From an uncultured delta proteobacterium (lineage in GTDB: Bacteria; Desulfobacterota; Zymogenia; Zymogenales; Zymogenaceae), in the NCBI GenBank assembly GCA_963735595.1, contig CAVTLK010000002.1, forward strand, positions 544,001-608,000: 64,000 nt of DNA, read 5' to 3'. Positions 49,429-59,742 of the stretch are shown here, in pieces. Below the pieces are notes generated by a model that had not been told where the DNA came from, searched no databases, and worked only from the letters and a program-made list of their open reading frames with translations. The position numbers and the translations under genes are program-made. How positions within the stretch are numbered: the stretch's first letter is position 1; every line of letters begins with the position of its first letter.

Positions 49429-50655
49429 ATGACGGCAAACGGCAACATATTCGTCGGTCTCGATATCGGGACTACCAAGATCTGCGCGATTGTGGGCGAA
49501 CAGGTCGATGGTGAAATCGAGATAATCGGGATCGGCTCAGCGCCGTCGCGGGGATTGCGTAAAGGGGTGGTAATAAATATCGAGAGCACGGTCGCCTCCA
49601 TCAGGAAAGCAATAGGAGAGGCGGAACTGATGGCGGGCCTCGAGATCAAATCGGTCTTCGTCGGCATCGCCGGAGGACATATCAAGGGTTTCAACAGCCA
49701 CGGAATTATCGCGGTCAAGAGCCGTGAAGTGACCGAGAGCGACGTGAAACGCGTCATCGACGCCGCCCGTGCGATCGCCATACCGGTGGACAGGGAAGTA
49801 ATCCATATCCTGCCCCAGGAATTCATCGTGGACGAGCAGGACGGCATTCAGGAGCCGATCGGCATAAGCGGCGTGCGCCTGGAAGCCAAGGTGCACATCG
49901 TAACGGGCGCGGTGACGAGCGCCCAGAACATCATCCGCTGCGTAAACCGGACGGGCATGGACGTATCGACCATCGTCCTGGAGCAGCTGGCCTCCGCGGA
50001 GGCGGTGCTCTCAGAGGACGAAAAGGAGCTCGGCGTCGTCATTATGGATATCGGCGGAGGGACGACCGACGTGGCGGTCTTCTCCCAGGGCAGCATAAAG
50101 CATACGACCGTGCTGGCGTTGGGCGGTGATCACCTTACCAACGACATTGCCGTGGGTCTGCGAACTCCGCTCATAGACGCGGAGCGGATAAAGAAGAAGA
50201 GCGGCTGCGCGCTCGCCTCCCTCGTGGACAAGGACGAGACCATCGAGGTGCCGTCGGTAGGGGGGAGAAAGCCGAGGGTCGTTTCCCGGCAAATACTTGC
50301 CGAGATCATCGAACCCCGGGTGGAGGAGATACTGTCCCTGGTCCATCGGGACATCGTGCGGTCGGGATACATGGACGTCATGGCGTCGGGCGTGGTGCTG
50401 ACGGGCGGCTCGTCGCTTCTGGAGGGGATCGGGGAGATGGCCGAGCAGATCTTCAACATGCCCGCGCGCATCGGGTATCCGGCCGGCATCGGGGGCCTGG
50501 TGGATGTAGTCAACAGCCCGATGTACGCGACGGGGGTCGGGCTGGTGCTCTACGGTTACAAGAACGGAGGGCAGGCGCGCTTTCGGGTAGGCGAAAAGAA
50601 CGTATTCAATAAGGTGACAGATCGATTTAAAGAAATTATCAAGGATTACTTTTAA
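49429..50655 (+). CDS. ftsA: cell division protein FtsA
   Basis: GLDIGTTKI, GLRKGVV, DIGGGTTD and VLTGG motifs. Confidence 0.97.
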   Translation: MTANGNIFVGLDIGTTKICAIVGEQVDGEIEIIGIGSAPSRGLRKGVVINIESTVASIRKAIGEAELMAGLEIKSVFVGIAGGHIKGFNSHGIIAVKSREVTESDVKRVIDAARAIAIPVDREVIHILPQEFIVDEQDGIQEPIGISGVRLEAKVHIVTGAVTSAQNIIRCVNRTGMDVSTIVLEQLASAEAVLSEDEKELGVVIMDIGGGTTDVAVFSQGSIKHTTVLALGGDHLTNDIAVGLRTPLIDAERIKKKSGCALASLVDKDETIEVPSVGGRKPRVVSRQILAEIIEPRVEEILSLVHRDIVRSGYMDVMASGVVLTGGSSLLEGIGEMAEQIFNMPARIGYPAGIGGLVDVVNSPMYATGVGLVLYGYKNGGQARFRVGEKNVFNKVTDRFKEIIKDYF

Positions 50656-50672
50656 TCCCGGAGGACCCAACC

Positions 50673-51839
50673 ATGGATATGTTCGAGTATGTGGAAAATA
50701 GTCTGGGAGGGGCCAAGATCAAGGTGGTCGGCGTGGGGGGCGGCGGCGGCAACGCGGTCGATAACATGATCGAGATGGGGCTTGCCGGGGTCGACTTTAT
50801 CTGCGCGAATACGGATGCCCAGGCCCTGGCGGCCTCGAAGGCCTCCATGAAAATGCAGCTCGGCGCCAAGCTTACCAAGGGGTTGGGCGCGGGGTCGAAT
50901 CCGGACGTCGGGAAGCGGGCCGCGGAAGAAGACCGGGACAAGATACGCGAGAGCCTTGCCGGCGCCCACATGGTCTTTATCACCGCCGGGATGGGCGGCG
51001 GGACCGGCACCGGCGGGGCGCCCGTCTGCGCAGAGATCGCAAAGGAGGTCGGGGCGCTGTCGGTAGCGGTGGTGACCAAGCCCTTTGCCTTCGAGAACAA
51101 GAAACGGATGCAGCAAGCCGAGGACGGGATCGTTGAGCTGGCCAAGCATGTCGATACGCTCCTGTGTATCCCCAACCAGAGATTGCTGGAGTATGCCGGA
51201 AAGGAAGTAACCCTCGTCACGGCCTTCAAACGGGCCGATGAGATCCTCTATTTCGCGGTCAAGGGTATCTCAGACCTGATAACCGTTAGAGGGCTTATAA
51301 ACCTTGACTTCTCCGACATCAGGACCGTGATGGAAGGGACCGGGATGGCCATTATGGGAACCGGCAAGGCCGGAGGCAGCAACAGGGGCATGGAGGCGGC
51401 CAAACGCGCCGTTACGAGCCCCCTTCTGGAGGAGCTTTCCATCAACGGGGCGCAGGGCGTGCTGGTGAACCTGACCGGCGGGGAGAACCTCACCCTTGAG
51501 GACGTCGAGAGCGCCATGACCTACATCCAGAAAGAAGTGCACCATGAGGCGCATATTATCTTCGGGGCGGTCATCGATAAGGCGATGGGCGACGAGATGA
51601 TGGTCACGGTCATCGCCACGGGCTTCTCGAGGTCCGACGACAGCCTGAACCGTGAGCTGATAAAGATCGGGCCCGCAGCCGTGATAGGGCAATCGAAGAG
51701 CGACCTGGATATGCCCACCTTTATCAGGAAGGATCGGGAGGCCATAGCGATTGATAAGGTGACCCGGAAGAACCTTTCGGTCAACGGCGAGGATTCGGAA
51801 TACGATATCCCTACGTTCTTGCGGAAAAAGGCCGATTGA
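50673..51839 (+). CDS. ftsZ: cell division protein FtsZ
   Basis: GVGGGGGNAV, GMGGGTGTG and NLDF.D; C-terminal DIPTFLRK. Confidence 0.98.
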   Translation: MDMFEYVENSLGGAKIKVVGVGGGGGNAVDNMIEMGLAGVDFICANTDAQALAASKASMKMQLGAKLTKGLGAGSNPDVGKRAAEEDRDKIRESLAGAHMVFITAGMGGGTGTGGAPVCAEIAKEVGALSVAVVTKPFAFENKKRMQQAEDGIVELAKHVDTLLCIPNQRLLEYAGKEVTLVTAFKRADEILYFAVKGISDLITVRGLINLDFSDIRTVMEGTGMAIMGTGKAGGSNRGMEAAKRAVTSPLLEELSINGAQGVLVNLTGGENLTLEDVESAMTYIQKEVHHEAHIIFGAVIDKAMGDEMMVTVIATGFSRSDDSLNRELIKIGPAAVIGQSKSDLDMPTFIRKDREAIAIDKVTRKNLSVNGEDSEYDIPTFLRKKAD

Positions 51840-51871
51840 CGGTCGCCTGAAGGGACGGGTGATACGCGGAC

Positions 51872-53563
51872 GTGTCTTCCTATGAGCGGCATCTCATCGA
51901 GCTCCTGAAACGGGAGCGGGGCCTGCGGGCTGCCGGCGGCGGCGGACTTAAGACCGCCGTTATCTATCCCAACCGATACGCCGTGGGCATGAGCAACCTG
52001 GGCTTCCTTTCGGTCTTTCGGCGGACGGCCGAGCAATTCGGCGTTTCCGCGGAGCGCGCCTTCCTTCCCGATCCCGCCCACGAAACGGCCCTCAGGAGGG
52101 CTGACAACCCGGTGCTGACCCTCGAATCGCGCCGGGGCCTGCGCGAAATGGACCTCCTCCTCTTTTCCGTATCGTTCGAAAACGACTATCTCAACCTGCT
52201 GAAAATACTCGGTCTATCAAAAATACCGATGCGCTCACGCGCGCGCGATCGGGGACACCCGTTGGTCGGCGCGGGCGGCGCGGCCGTCCAGATCAATCCC
52301 GAAACGATATCACCGTTCGTGGACTTTTTCGCACTCGGGGAGGGCGAGGAGCTGGTACCGGATATCCTGGCCGTCCTGAGGGACCAGGGGGGGGCCAGGG
52401 GCGACAAGCGGGAAATCCTGGACGCGCTGAGCCTGATCGAGGGGGTCTACGTGCCGGAGCGCTTCGAGGCGGCCTACGACGGCCGGGGGAGGCTTCAGTC
52501 GTTTGTCAACGTGTCGGGAGGGCGCGACCGGGTGACGGTTCGGAAACGCGCCGACCTCTCCGGGATGGCGCTCTGTTCGCCCATCGTGACCGGCGAGGCC
52601 GAGTTTTCCGACATGCTGCTGGTGGAGATGGAGCGGGGGTGTCCCTTCGGGTGCGCGTTCTGCGTGGCAAGCGCCCTCTATGCCCCGGTGAGGATGCGCC
52701 CCGAGGACGATATTATTTCCGATATCGAGTCGGGGATGGCCCTGACCGGGACGGTGGGGCTGTTGGGCCCCGCCGTTTCGAGCCATCCCGGCCTGCTCCG
52801 CGTCCTGGAGACGGTCAGGCAACACGGAGGATCGGTCGGCCTTCCGTCAATCAGGACGGAGCTCTTGACGGACGAGGGGATCGGGCTCCTATCGGGGCTT
52901 TCCGTCAGAACTTTGACGATAGCCCCGGAGGCGGGGAGCGAGCGGGTGCGCCGAAATATCGGTAAATCCATGTCCGACGGGGAGATCCTCGACCTCGTCC
53001 AACGGTCCGCGGCGGCAGGGATCATGAGCGTTCGGGCCTACTTCCTCGTGGGGATGCCCGGAGAGAATGATGACGATATCCAGGCCGTCTCGGAGCTCGC
53101 GAAAAAGATTCGCCATACGCTTATCGCCGCCACCAGGGGGGCGGGAAAAACGGGCAGGGTAACGGTCTCGCTAACGCCACTGGTCCCCAAGCCGCATACG
53201 CCGCTCCAATGGATGGCGATGGAAGACCGTAAGGCCCTTTCGGGGAAGATAACGCGTATCCAGCGGGCACTCAAGGGGGTCGGGGGAATATCGGTTATCT
53301 TCGAGCCGCCAAAGTGGTCTTACCTCCAGGCACTGATCGCCCGGGGCGACCGGCGCGTCGCCGATATCCTGGAGCGTGTAGCGACCGGCGACGGCGATCT
53401 GAATGCCGTCTTCCGGGAGACGCCCTTGAACCCCGACTTCTACGTCACCAGGCCCCGGGACGACGACGAGATGTTCCCGTGGGATTTCATCGACCTGGGC
53501 GTTGACAAGAGGAAGCTGTTGGCGCGGTATAAAACGATCATCGGGGAAGGCCGGGGCGGGTAA
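51872..53563 (+). CDS. radical SAM protein with B12-binding-like N-domain (TIGR03960-like)
   Basis: YPNRYAVGMSNLG, GEGE, RGCPFGCAFC, TIAPEAGSER and PKPHTP motifs. Confidence 0.85.
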   Translation: MSSYERHLIELLKRERGLRAAGGGGLKTAVIYPNRYAVGMSNLGFLSVFRRTAEQFGVSAERAFLPDPAHETALRRADNPVLTLESRRGLREMDLLLFSVSFENDYLNLLKILGLSKIPMRSRARDRGHPLVGAGGAAVQINPETISPFVDFFALGEGEELVPDILAVLRDQGGARGDKREILDALSLIEGVYVPERFEAAYDGRGRLQSFVNVSGGRDRVTVRKRADLSGMALCSPIVTGEAEFSDMLLVEMERGCPFGCAFCVASALYAPVRMRPEDDIISDIESGMALTGTVGLLGPAVSSHPGLLRVLETVRQHGGSVGLPSIRTELLTDEGIGLLSGLSVRTLTIAPEAGSERVRRNIGKSMSDGEILDLVQRSAAAGIMSVRAYFLVGMPGENDDDIQAVSELAKKIRHTLIAATRGAGKTGRVTVSLTPLVPKPHTPLQWMAMEDRKALSGKITRIQRALKGVGGISVIFEPPKWSYLQALIARGDRRVADILERVATGDGDLNAVFRETPLNPDFYVTRPRDDDEMFPWDFIDLGVDKRKLLARYKTIIGEGRGG

Positions 53564-53615
53564 ACTCGATACGCCGTGCCGTTGAATTCCCGGCAGTTTG
53601 CCAGGGAAGGCCTTC

Positions 53616-53644
53616 TTGACTCACCCCTTCTTTTTTGCTATCCT
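53616..53644 (+). promoter_or_regulatory. sigma70 promoter
   Basis: TTGACT-N17-TATCCT with TG extension, 15 nt before ATG 53660. Confidence 0.6.
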
Positions 53645-53659
53645 GAAACAAAAAAACCA

Positions 53660-54400
53660 ATGAACGAACTCTGGAGCAGGGCCTTCGGCTCTATGACCCG
53701 GCAGGCCGATATACGATCGGTCGTCGTCAAGTCGACGGTCCTCACGATCCTTGCCGTCGGCTCGGCCGCCGGCTATTTTCATTACCTTGTATTTGTCGTA
53801 TCAGGGGGCGCCGCCCCGGGCGGCCGGGACCCCTGGGGTTTCATGACGGTCGAGCTTGTCCTGCTGGCGCTTGTGTTGTTTCTCTCGGCGCTCATCGGGT
53901 TTTCCTTCTCGGGGCGGCTGGACCTCCCCGGTTTTGGGAAGGTGCGCGGGTTTCTTACCGCGCTGCCGGTATTGATCGTCGGCGGGATTGTCTTGGTGAC
54001 ACTATCGTATGTCGTATTCGACCGCTACTACTTCACAATCGCTCCCGTCTCGTTTCCACGCGAGACGGTATACCTGATAGCCATACCGTTCAAGGCCGCG
54101 CTGGCTGACGAGACGATCCTGCGCCTGGGCCTGGTTACTATCGGCGTAGGGATGACGAAAAGCAAGGGGGCGGGGGTCGTCCTGATGTCGGCCGTATCGA
54201 CCCTGTTTAGCGTCAAGTACCTCGAATTCATCGGGATGCCGTTTGCACTCGACCATTTCTACGTCGTCTACCTGCTGTTATCGTTTCTCGGCAACATCAT
54301 GTTCGGCTGGCTGTTCGTGACCAGGGGGCTCCTCTATTCGATGGCGCTTAAATTCGTGATCGGGTGCAAGTACCTGCTCATCCTATGGCTGGGCGCATGA
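53660..54400 (+). CDS. polytopic membrane protein, distantly CPBP/Abi-like
   Basis: About 7 TM segments; ADETILRLG resembles a degenerate EExxxR motif. Confidence 0.65.
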   Translation: MNELWSRAFGSMTRQADIRSVVVKSTVLTILAVGSAAGYFHYLVFVVSGGAAPGGRDPWGFMTVELVLLALVLFLSALIGFSFSGRLDLPGFGKVRGFLTALPVLIVGGIVLVTLSYVVFDRYYFTIAPVSFPRETVYLIAIPFKAALADETILRLGLVTIGVGMTKSKGAGVVLMSAVSTLFSVKYLEFIGMPFALDHFYVVYLLLSFLGNIMFGWLFVTRGLLYSMALKFVIGCKYLLILWLGA

Positions 54401-54401
54401 G

Positions 54402-55539
54402 ATGAAGAGCCGGCTGCCCCTCATCCTGATGTTCATGATTGCCCTTCCGGCGATTGCGGGGGCCGAGGAGGTGTGGCTTCGGGCCGAGCTGATCAGGGGG
54501 ATCGACCTCATCTTCAACGCCCGGATATCGGAGGGCGAACAGGTCTTCGCGGCGATCGAAAAAAAGGCCCCCGCAAATCCGGCGCCCTCTATATACCGGG
54601 CCATGGCCCTCATGTCCTACCCTCCCCGGGAGGGTATGGCCGGGATCGACCGGGCACTGATCGAGCGGCTCCTCAATAAGGGGATAATGCTCGCCGAAGA
54701 CGGGCAGATGGGAAACGGACACGGGAAGGGTGAAGCTGTTGGTTGCCACCGCGTATTCGCTCCTCAGCCAGCTATACCTCGAACAGCACGATTACCTCAA
54801 GGCCTCGCGGGCGGCCGTCACGGGAAAGCGATACCTCGACGAGGCGGCGCTGATATCCCCCGATGATCCGGACGTACGCTACGGGGTTGGGCTGCTCTCC
54901 TACGGGGTCGCGGAAATGCCCGAGCCGGCGCGGCTGATCCTTTCGGCCCTTTCCATATCGGGCGACAGGGAGCGTGGAATCGAGGACCTCAAGGCGGCGG
55001 CCGTGTACGGCATCTATACGAAGGCGAGCGCCGAGGTGGCGCTCCTGATGATTACGGCAAATATCGAGGACCGCTACGCCGACGCGGTTGTCTACGGGCG
55101 GCGGCTCATCGCCCGGTATCCGGATAACCCGGAGCTCTATTTCCCCTACGCCAACGCGCTGTCGGAGACGGGCGACTTCGGTGCCGCGCGGGCCGTCGCC
55201 GCGATACTCAAACGGAAGATGGACGAGGGACTTCCCTATTTCGACGGGGCCATCGTCGCCCGGTATCATCACCTGAGGGGGAAGCTCCTGATGGACGAGG
55301 GACAGTATGACGAGGCGGCGGTGGAACTGAAACAGGCGCTCGTGGTCGACGACGAAAACTACGCGTGGGTCAGACCCCTGGCGCTGGCCCGCCTGGGGAT
55401 GATTGAGGACGTTTCGGGAAGGAGGGATAACGCGGTCGGCTATTATCGGGGGGCGATAGATACGGGAATCGAGGGTGCGGGAGTCATCCTTGCCGAGAAA
55501 TACCTGGAGCAGCCCTATCGACCGAATGGTGGAAAATAG
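54402..55539 (+). CDS. secreted TPR-like protein (frameshift near 54710-54730)
   Basis: Signal peptide in ORF 54402; helical repeats continue in ORF 54730-55539. Confidence 0.7.
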
Positions 55540-55704
55540 CGATTACTGTGGTATAATCCGTATCGAGGTCTTTTCGGCCCACACGGTTTACGGGCGGTCG
55601 GGGACCTCAGTAGTCACGTCGGCCTTTCCGCCGTCTTGACGGCGGCGCGGGGATAGGCGGTGGATACCCACCCGATGTCTTATAGTACTAAATGAGGAGT
55701 TGTT

Positions 55705-57300
55705 ATGCAGCGGCTCAGCTACGATCAGAAGAACCCGGTGTATGATATCTTCGGAACGGCCTTCTCGCTGGAGATATTCACCCACGAGAACGTCTACGGC
55801 ATCGATCCCGGGCGCACGGAGCTCACAATCGAGGGGGACCGCGCGATACTCACGGCCCGGGGCCTGACCTGGGCGGGCGGCGCTGAATCGTGCGAGGGCG
55901 GGGCGATGTTTCTGGTGGAAAAGACCGCCTCGGGGCTCACCTTTAAGCTGGAGGCCGCCCATCGCGAAAAGCTGCGCGCCGCAAAGGTTATCGTACACCG
56001 GCAGCGGGGAGTAAGCGTCACCAGCGATCATTCCGAGGACTTCCCGATCATGCCGGGCGGCATGACGTTCGACTACCCTCACTGGAATATTTTCATGCTC
56101 AAGATGCCTATCGTCTTCCTCAAGGGAGACGACGGGTACCTCTCCTTTTCATCCCTCGACGACGAGGTATCTCCCAAAAGGTTTTCCTTCATCCCCGGGG
56201 GAGACGGGGTGGACGTGGAGCTGATCTACGAGGCCCCGGCGACACGGTTTGCCTCCGCGATCGTCACCGCGCCGTGGGAGATGTCGCGGGTAACCGACCC
56301 GCAAAAGGCCGCGGAGGAGTTTTTGGGACGGATCGCCAAGACGTACGGCTTTGGGCCGTTTGACACGCGGCCGGATGTCCCGGACTGGACGAGGAAGATC
56401 AGCCTGGTGCTTTCGATACACGGAATGCACTTTTCCGGGTACGTCTTCAATACGTATAAGGAGATGCTCTCGGTCATCAAATGGTTTGCCGACCGGATGC
56501 CGGCCGATCAGCTGCTGGCCTATCTGCCCGGCTGGGAGGGGAGGTACTACTGGCAGTACGGCGACTACCGGCCGGAGCCGCGCCTCGGCGGGCCGGACGG
56601 GTTTGCCCGGCTCATCGAGGGGGCCCATTCCCTCGGGGCGCGGGTGATGCCGATGTTCGGGGCCAACTGCACGAACCGGGAACATCCTGACTTCCCCGAG
56701 TATGGGCCGATATCGCTGCTGCACGACGCCAGCGGCGCGGTCTTCTTGGGCAACAAGCCCGACTGGAGCGGTGACCGTTCCTACGACCCCGGCTGGCAGA
56801 TCTGGCTCAACCCGGCCGCCCCGGCCTGGCAGGAGCGGCTGATGGAGACCTTCGACGGCCTGATCAAGCAGTTCAAGTTCGACGGCGTCTTCCTTGACAC
56901 GGACAACGCGTGGACGAACGACCCCTACTACCCGCTCTACGGCGGGTATACGGCGATCAAGGCGGAGCTGAAATCGGCGTTTCCCGAGCTCCTGATCGCG
57001 GGCGAGGGGTGGTACGATGCGTTGCTGGCGGTTACGCCGCTCACCCAGATGGGGGGGCCGCCCCACTGGCCGGGCCTGTTCGAAAAATACGCACGGTCGA
57101 CCCCGCACCTGTCGGTCCCGTCCCCCTGCCGCGGCAGCACGGGGGTCCACGAGCTTGGCTACGCGCCCTACGCCAAGCCCTCGCTCAAGCCGGGGGAGAT
57201 CCCGATGGTGACCATTGTGGACGGAACGCTGGCGGCCGCGCCCGACGCCCTCATGGAATACGTAAAACTCGCCGAGGAGTACGCGAAGAAAAACCGGTAG
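55705..57300 (+). CDS. putative glycoside hydrolase-like TIM-barrel protein
   Basis: GAGGAG RBS; N-terminal beta domain; GW..RYY..Y.DY, GG..GF..LI..AH.LG, W....P..P.W and FDGVFLD, as in GH36/GH27-like barrels. Confidence 0.6.
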   Translation: MQRLSYDQKNPVYDIFGTAFSLEIFTHENVYGIDPGRTELTIEGDRAILTARGLTWAGGAESCEGGAMFLVEKTASGLTFKLEAAHREKLRAAKVIVHRQRGVSVTSDHSEDFPIMPGGMTFDYPHWNIFMLKMPIVFLKGDDGYLSFSSLDDEVSPKRFSFIPGGDGVDVELIYEAPATRFASAIVTAPWEMSRVTDPQKAAEEFLGRIAKTYGFGPFDTRPDVPDWTRKISLVLSIHGMHFSGYVFNTYKEMLSVIKWFADRMPADQLLAYLPGWEGRYYWQYGDYRPEPRLGGPDGFARLIEGAHSLGARVMPMFGANCTNREHPDFPEYGPISLLHDASGAVFLGNKPDWSGDRSYDPGWQIWLNPAAPAWQERLMETFDGLIKQFKFDGVFLDTDNAWTNDPYYPLYGGYTAIKAELKSAFPELLIAGEGWYDALLAVTPLTQMGGPPHWPGLFEKYARSTPHLSVPSPCRGSTGVHELGYAPYAKPSLKPGEIPMVTIVDGTLAAAPDALMEYVKLAEEYAKKNR

Positions 57301-57380
57301 GCACGCCCACTGTTATAGGCCGGGATCGGGTCGCGGTGCGGTCGAAACCGTCCTATACCGGTGCGGCGGATGGACGACAT

Positions 57381-57409
57381 AAAAAAGGCCGGCATAACGC
57401 CGGCCTTTT
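57381..57409. terminator. bidirectional terminator
   Basis: aaaaaaggccggc-ataac-gccggcctttt between convergent genes. Confidence 0.8.
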
Positions 57410-57431
57410 AAGGAATTGTCGTGAAGCGCTG

Positions 57432-57971
57432 CTACCAGCGGCCGCCTCCGGGACCGTAACCACCCATCATACCGCCGCCCCTCATGCCGCGGCCTCCGCC
57501 GAACCCACCCCCACCCCGACAGAAGCCGGGGCCGGTAAAGGCATACGGATTGGCCTTGAGCTGCTCATCGGTCAGGAGAGAGCGCGCGCTGTTGCGGAAC
57601 TCCCTCTTCAGGGCGAAACGCTTGTCCACCAGGGCCTTGATCTGATCCTCGACCTTGTCGATGGACTTGATGTCCGGCGTCCCGCTGACGTAGAGCTTCC
57701 TCAGCTCCCGGTTCTTCTTGGTGATCTCGTCGGTGATGACGTCGTCCTTATCGGCGTATTTCTCCTGGAGATCGATCAGCTTCTTTTCCTGATCGGCGGT
57801 CAGGTTCAACGTATCGTCTCCCGCGCCGCCCGGATAGTAGGGGCATCCCCAGGCACCGTCCCTGCCTGCCCCCGGACGGTCACCCCATGGCTGGGCCGCA
57901 ACGGCCCCGGCGAACATGAGCCCCGTAACCAGGATTGCGGCAGCACTTACAGCAAGTATGGTCTTTTTCAT
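57432..57971 (-). CDS. Spy/CpxP/ZraP family periplasmic protein
   Basis: AAGGAGG RBS; signal peptide; LTADQ and LTDEQ (LTxxQ twice); Gly-rich tail. Confidence 0.85.
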   Translation of the reverse strand: MKKTILAVSAAAILVTGLMFAGAVAAQPWGDRPGAGRDGAWGCPYYPGGAGDDTLNLTADQEKKLIDLQEKYADKDDVITDEITKKNRELRKLYVSGTPDIKSIDKVEDQIKALVDKRFALKREFRNSARSLLTDEQLKANPYAFTGPGFCRGGGGFGGGRGMRGGGMMGGYGPGGGRW

Positions 57972-58031
57972 AGTATCCTCCTTGTTCTTTTTTACTCTCG
58001 GTATCGACATGTCGATGGTTAGCCAAAATTG

Positions 58032-58562
58032 TTATCTATTCGGTCCGCCTCTACCCCAGCCGTGACCTCCCCTGCCCATGCGGGGGCCCGGGCCCATCCG
58101 GCCGCCGAAGGGCTGGCCCGGGGGCGGCGGCGTCATGCATCGTCCCATGTAGTCGAGGAGCAGCTCTTGCTGCTCGGGCGTCAGCACACCTCTGATGTCT
58201 ATTATTTGTCCTACGATGAGCTTTTCTATCTGTGCCTGAATGACGGATATCTCCGTGATCTTCGCATCGATGGCCGCAAGATCGGGGTCCTGCTCGGCGA
58301 TCAACAGGTGCAGCTCACACCTCTTCTGGTAGAGATCATTCCTGAGCGTATCCATCGACCCAATGCCTTCCCTCACAATGACCTTGATCCGGTCCTTCTG
58401 GTCGGGGGTCACTCCCTCTACCGTGTCAAACCAACTCGGGAGGGGACCACGGTCCCGGAAAAAACGCGCGTGTTTGACCGCCCCGTAGCCCATGAAACCC
58501 AGCAATCCGAGGTTAATGCCGATCGAGATAATCAGAATGATCGCCAACGTCTTTCTACTCAT
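58032..58562 (-). CDS. membrane-anchored Spy/CpxP-like (heavy-metal sensor type) protein
   Basis: GGAGG RBS; N-terminal TM with S..IN motif; VTPDQ and LTPEQ. Confidence 0.8.
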   Translation of the reverse strand: MSRKTLAIILIISIGINLGLLGFMGYGAVKHARFFRDRGPLPSWFDTVEGVTPDQKDRIKVIVREGIGSMDTLRNDLYQKRCELHLLIAEQDPDLAAIDAKITEISVIQAQIEKLIVGQIIDIRGVLTPEQQELLLDYMGRCMTPPPPGQPFGGRMGPGPRMGRGGHGWGRGGPNR

Positions 58563-59025
58563 CGGCCACCTCCCCGGCATCACCGTAATAAAGCGTGATC
58601 AGTGAATCAGGCGGCGCTTCCGACAGGTACTGGACCGGGAGCGGGTCGGACGCGGCCGTCGTTGAAGTGCCCAGCGACGAAGAAGCGATAATGCCGACCG
58701 CGATCCCGAAGAGCGCCGCCGCCCCGTAGGCGAAGGCGGGCTTGAACGTTCGATGAAATAGGCGGGCCGTACCATGAGGCCTTCGCTGCTTCTCGCGGTT
58801 GAGGGCAACGAGGACGTCGGCGAGTATATCGGGAGTCTCCACCTTATGCAGAACTGAGGCGATCGTTGAGGATAGCTGCCTGCCCGCGGCCAGCTCCGCG
58901 CGGCACCGATCACAGACGTCGAGGTGGGCCATGAGGCGCCGCGTCCTTGCTTGATCAAGCTCGCCGTCGAGATAGACTGATATCAGCCGTCTCATCCTCG
59001 ATTTTGTGTGCGTGATAAAAAACAT
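58555..59025 (-). CDS. zinc-finger (HxxxCxxC) anti-sigma factor
   Basis: ISVYLDGEL...HLDVCDRC; single TM segment; located after the ECF sigma gene. Confidence 0.85.
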   Translation of the reverse strand: MFFITHTKSRMRRLISVYLDGELDQARTRRLMAHLDVCDRCRAELAAGRQLSSTIASVLHKVETPDILADVLVALNREKQRRPHGTARLFHRTFKPAFAYGAAALFGIAVGIIASSSLGTSTTAASDPLPVQYLSEAPPDSLITLYYGDAGEVADE

Positions 59026-59157
59026 CGCTCTTACTTCCTTTGTTAGTCTTTATCGGTAAATCCTTTCAGATTCCCCGTGAATAGGCGCGCCGTTTTGCGC
59101 ACGCAGACTCTCTATTCAATACTATAAACCGTGACCGGCAGAAAAACCTTCGGATTT

Positions 59158-59742
59158 TCAATCCCGCCCCTTATCCGGCGCGGCGCGGAGGCGGACGCGC
59201 ATCTTATCCTTTGCCCGGGAAAGCAGCGATTCCACCGCAGGAACGCTGGCACCGATGATTTCGGCAATCTCGGCGTAGCTGAGGCCCTCGGTGTACTTCA
59301 TGACCATGGCCGATCGCTCACGCGCATTAAGATGCCCGAGGGCGTCACGGATCTTCTGCTTTTCTTCCCGGCCGATCAGGTTCTCTTCCGGGCTGACGCC
59401 CCCCGACGGGGCCGCGTCAACGGCGTCGTTGCCGTCAGCCGTTGATTCCGGCCGCTTTTTTATAAAGACCTCGTTAACCAGAAGGTTATGGGCGATGGTG
59501 AAGAGATACGTGGTGAATTTCGAATCGGGACGATAGCGAAGCCGGGCCGTATAGAGCCTGAGAAAGACCTCCTGGGAGAGCTCCCGGGAGGTATCAATAT
59601 TCTGGGTGAAACGGAGGAAATAGTTGATCAGCGATCCCTGGTGTCTCCTGACCAGAAATTCAAAGCCCCAGGTTTGGCCTTCGGCGGCCGCCTCCATTGC
59701 CTTGAAATCCTTATCGTGTTCTTGCTGGCTGTTGTGTTTCAC
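59158..59742 (-). CDS. ECF RNA polymerase sigma factor
   Basis: Region 2 ELSQEVFL..F.TYLFTIAHN; region 4 EGLSYAEIAEI....VESLLSRAK. Confidence 0.92.
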   Translation of the reverse strand: MKHNSQQEHDKDFKAMEAAAEGQTWGFEFLVRRHQGSLINYFLRFTQNIDTSRELSQEVFLRLYTARLRYRPDSKFTTYLFTIAHNLLVNEVFIKKRPESTADGNDAVDAAPSGGVSPEENLIGREEKQKIRDALGHLNARERSAMVMKYTEGLSYAEIAEIIGASVPAVESLLSRAKDKMRVRLRAAPDKGRD

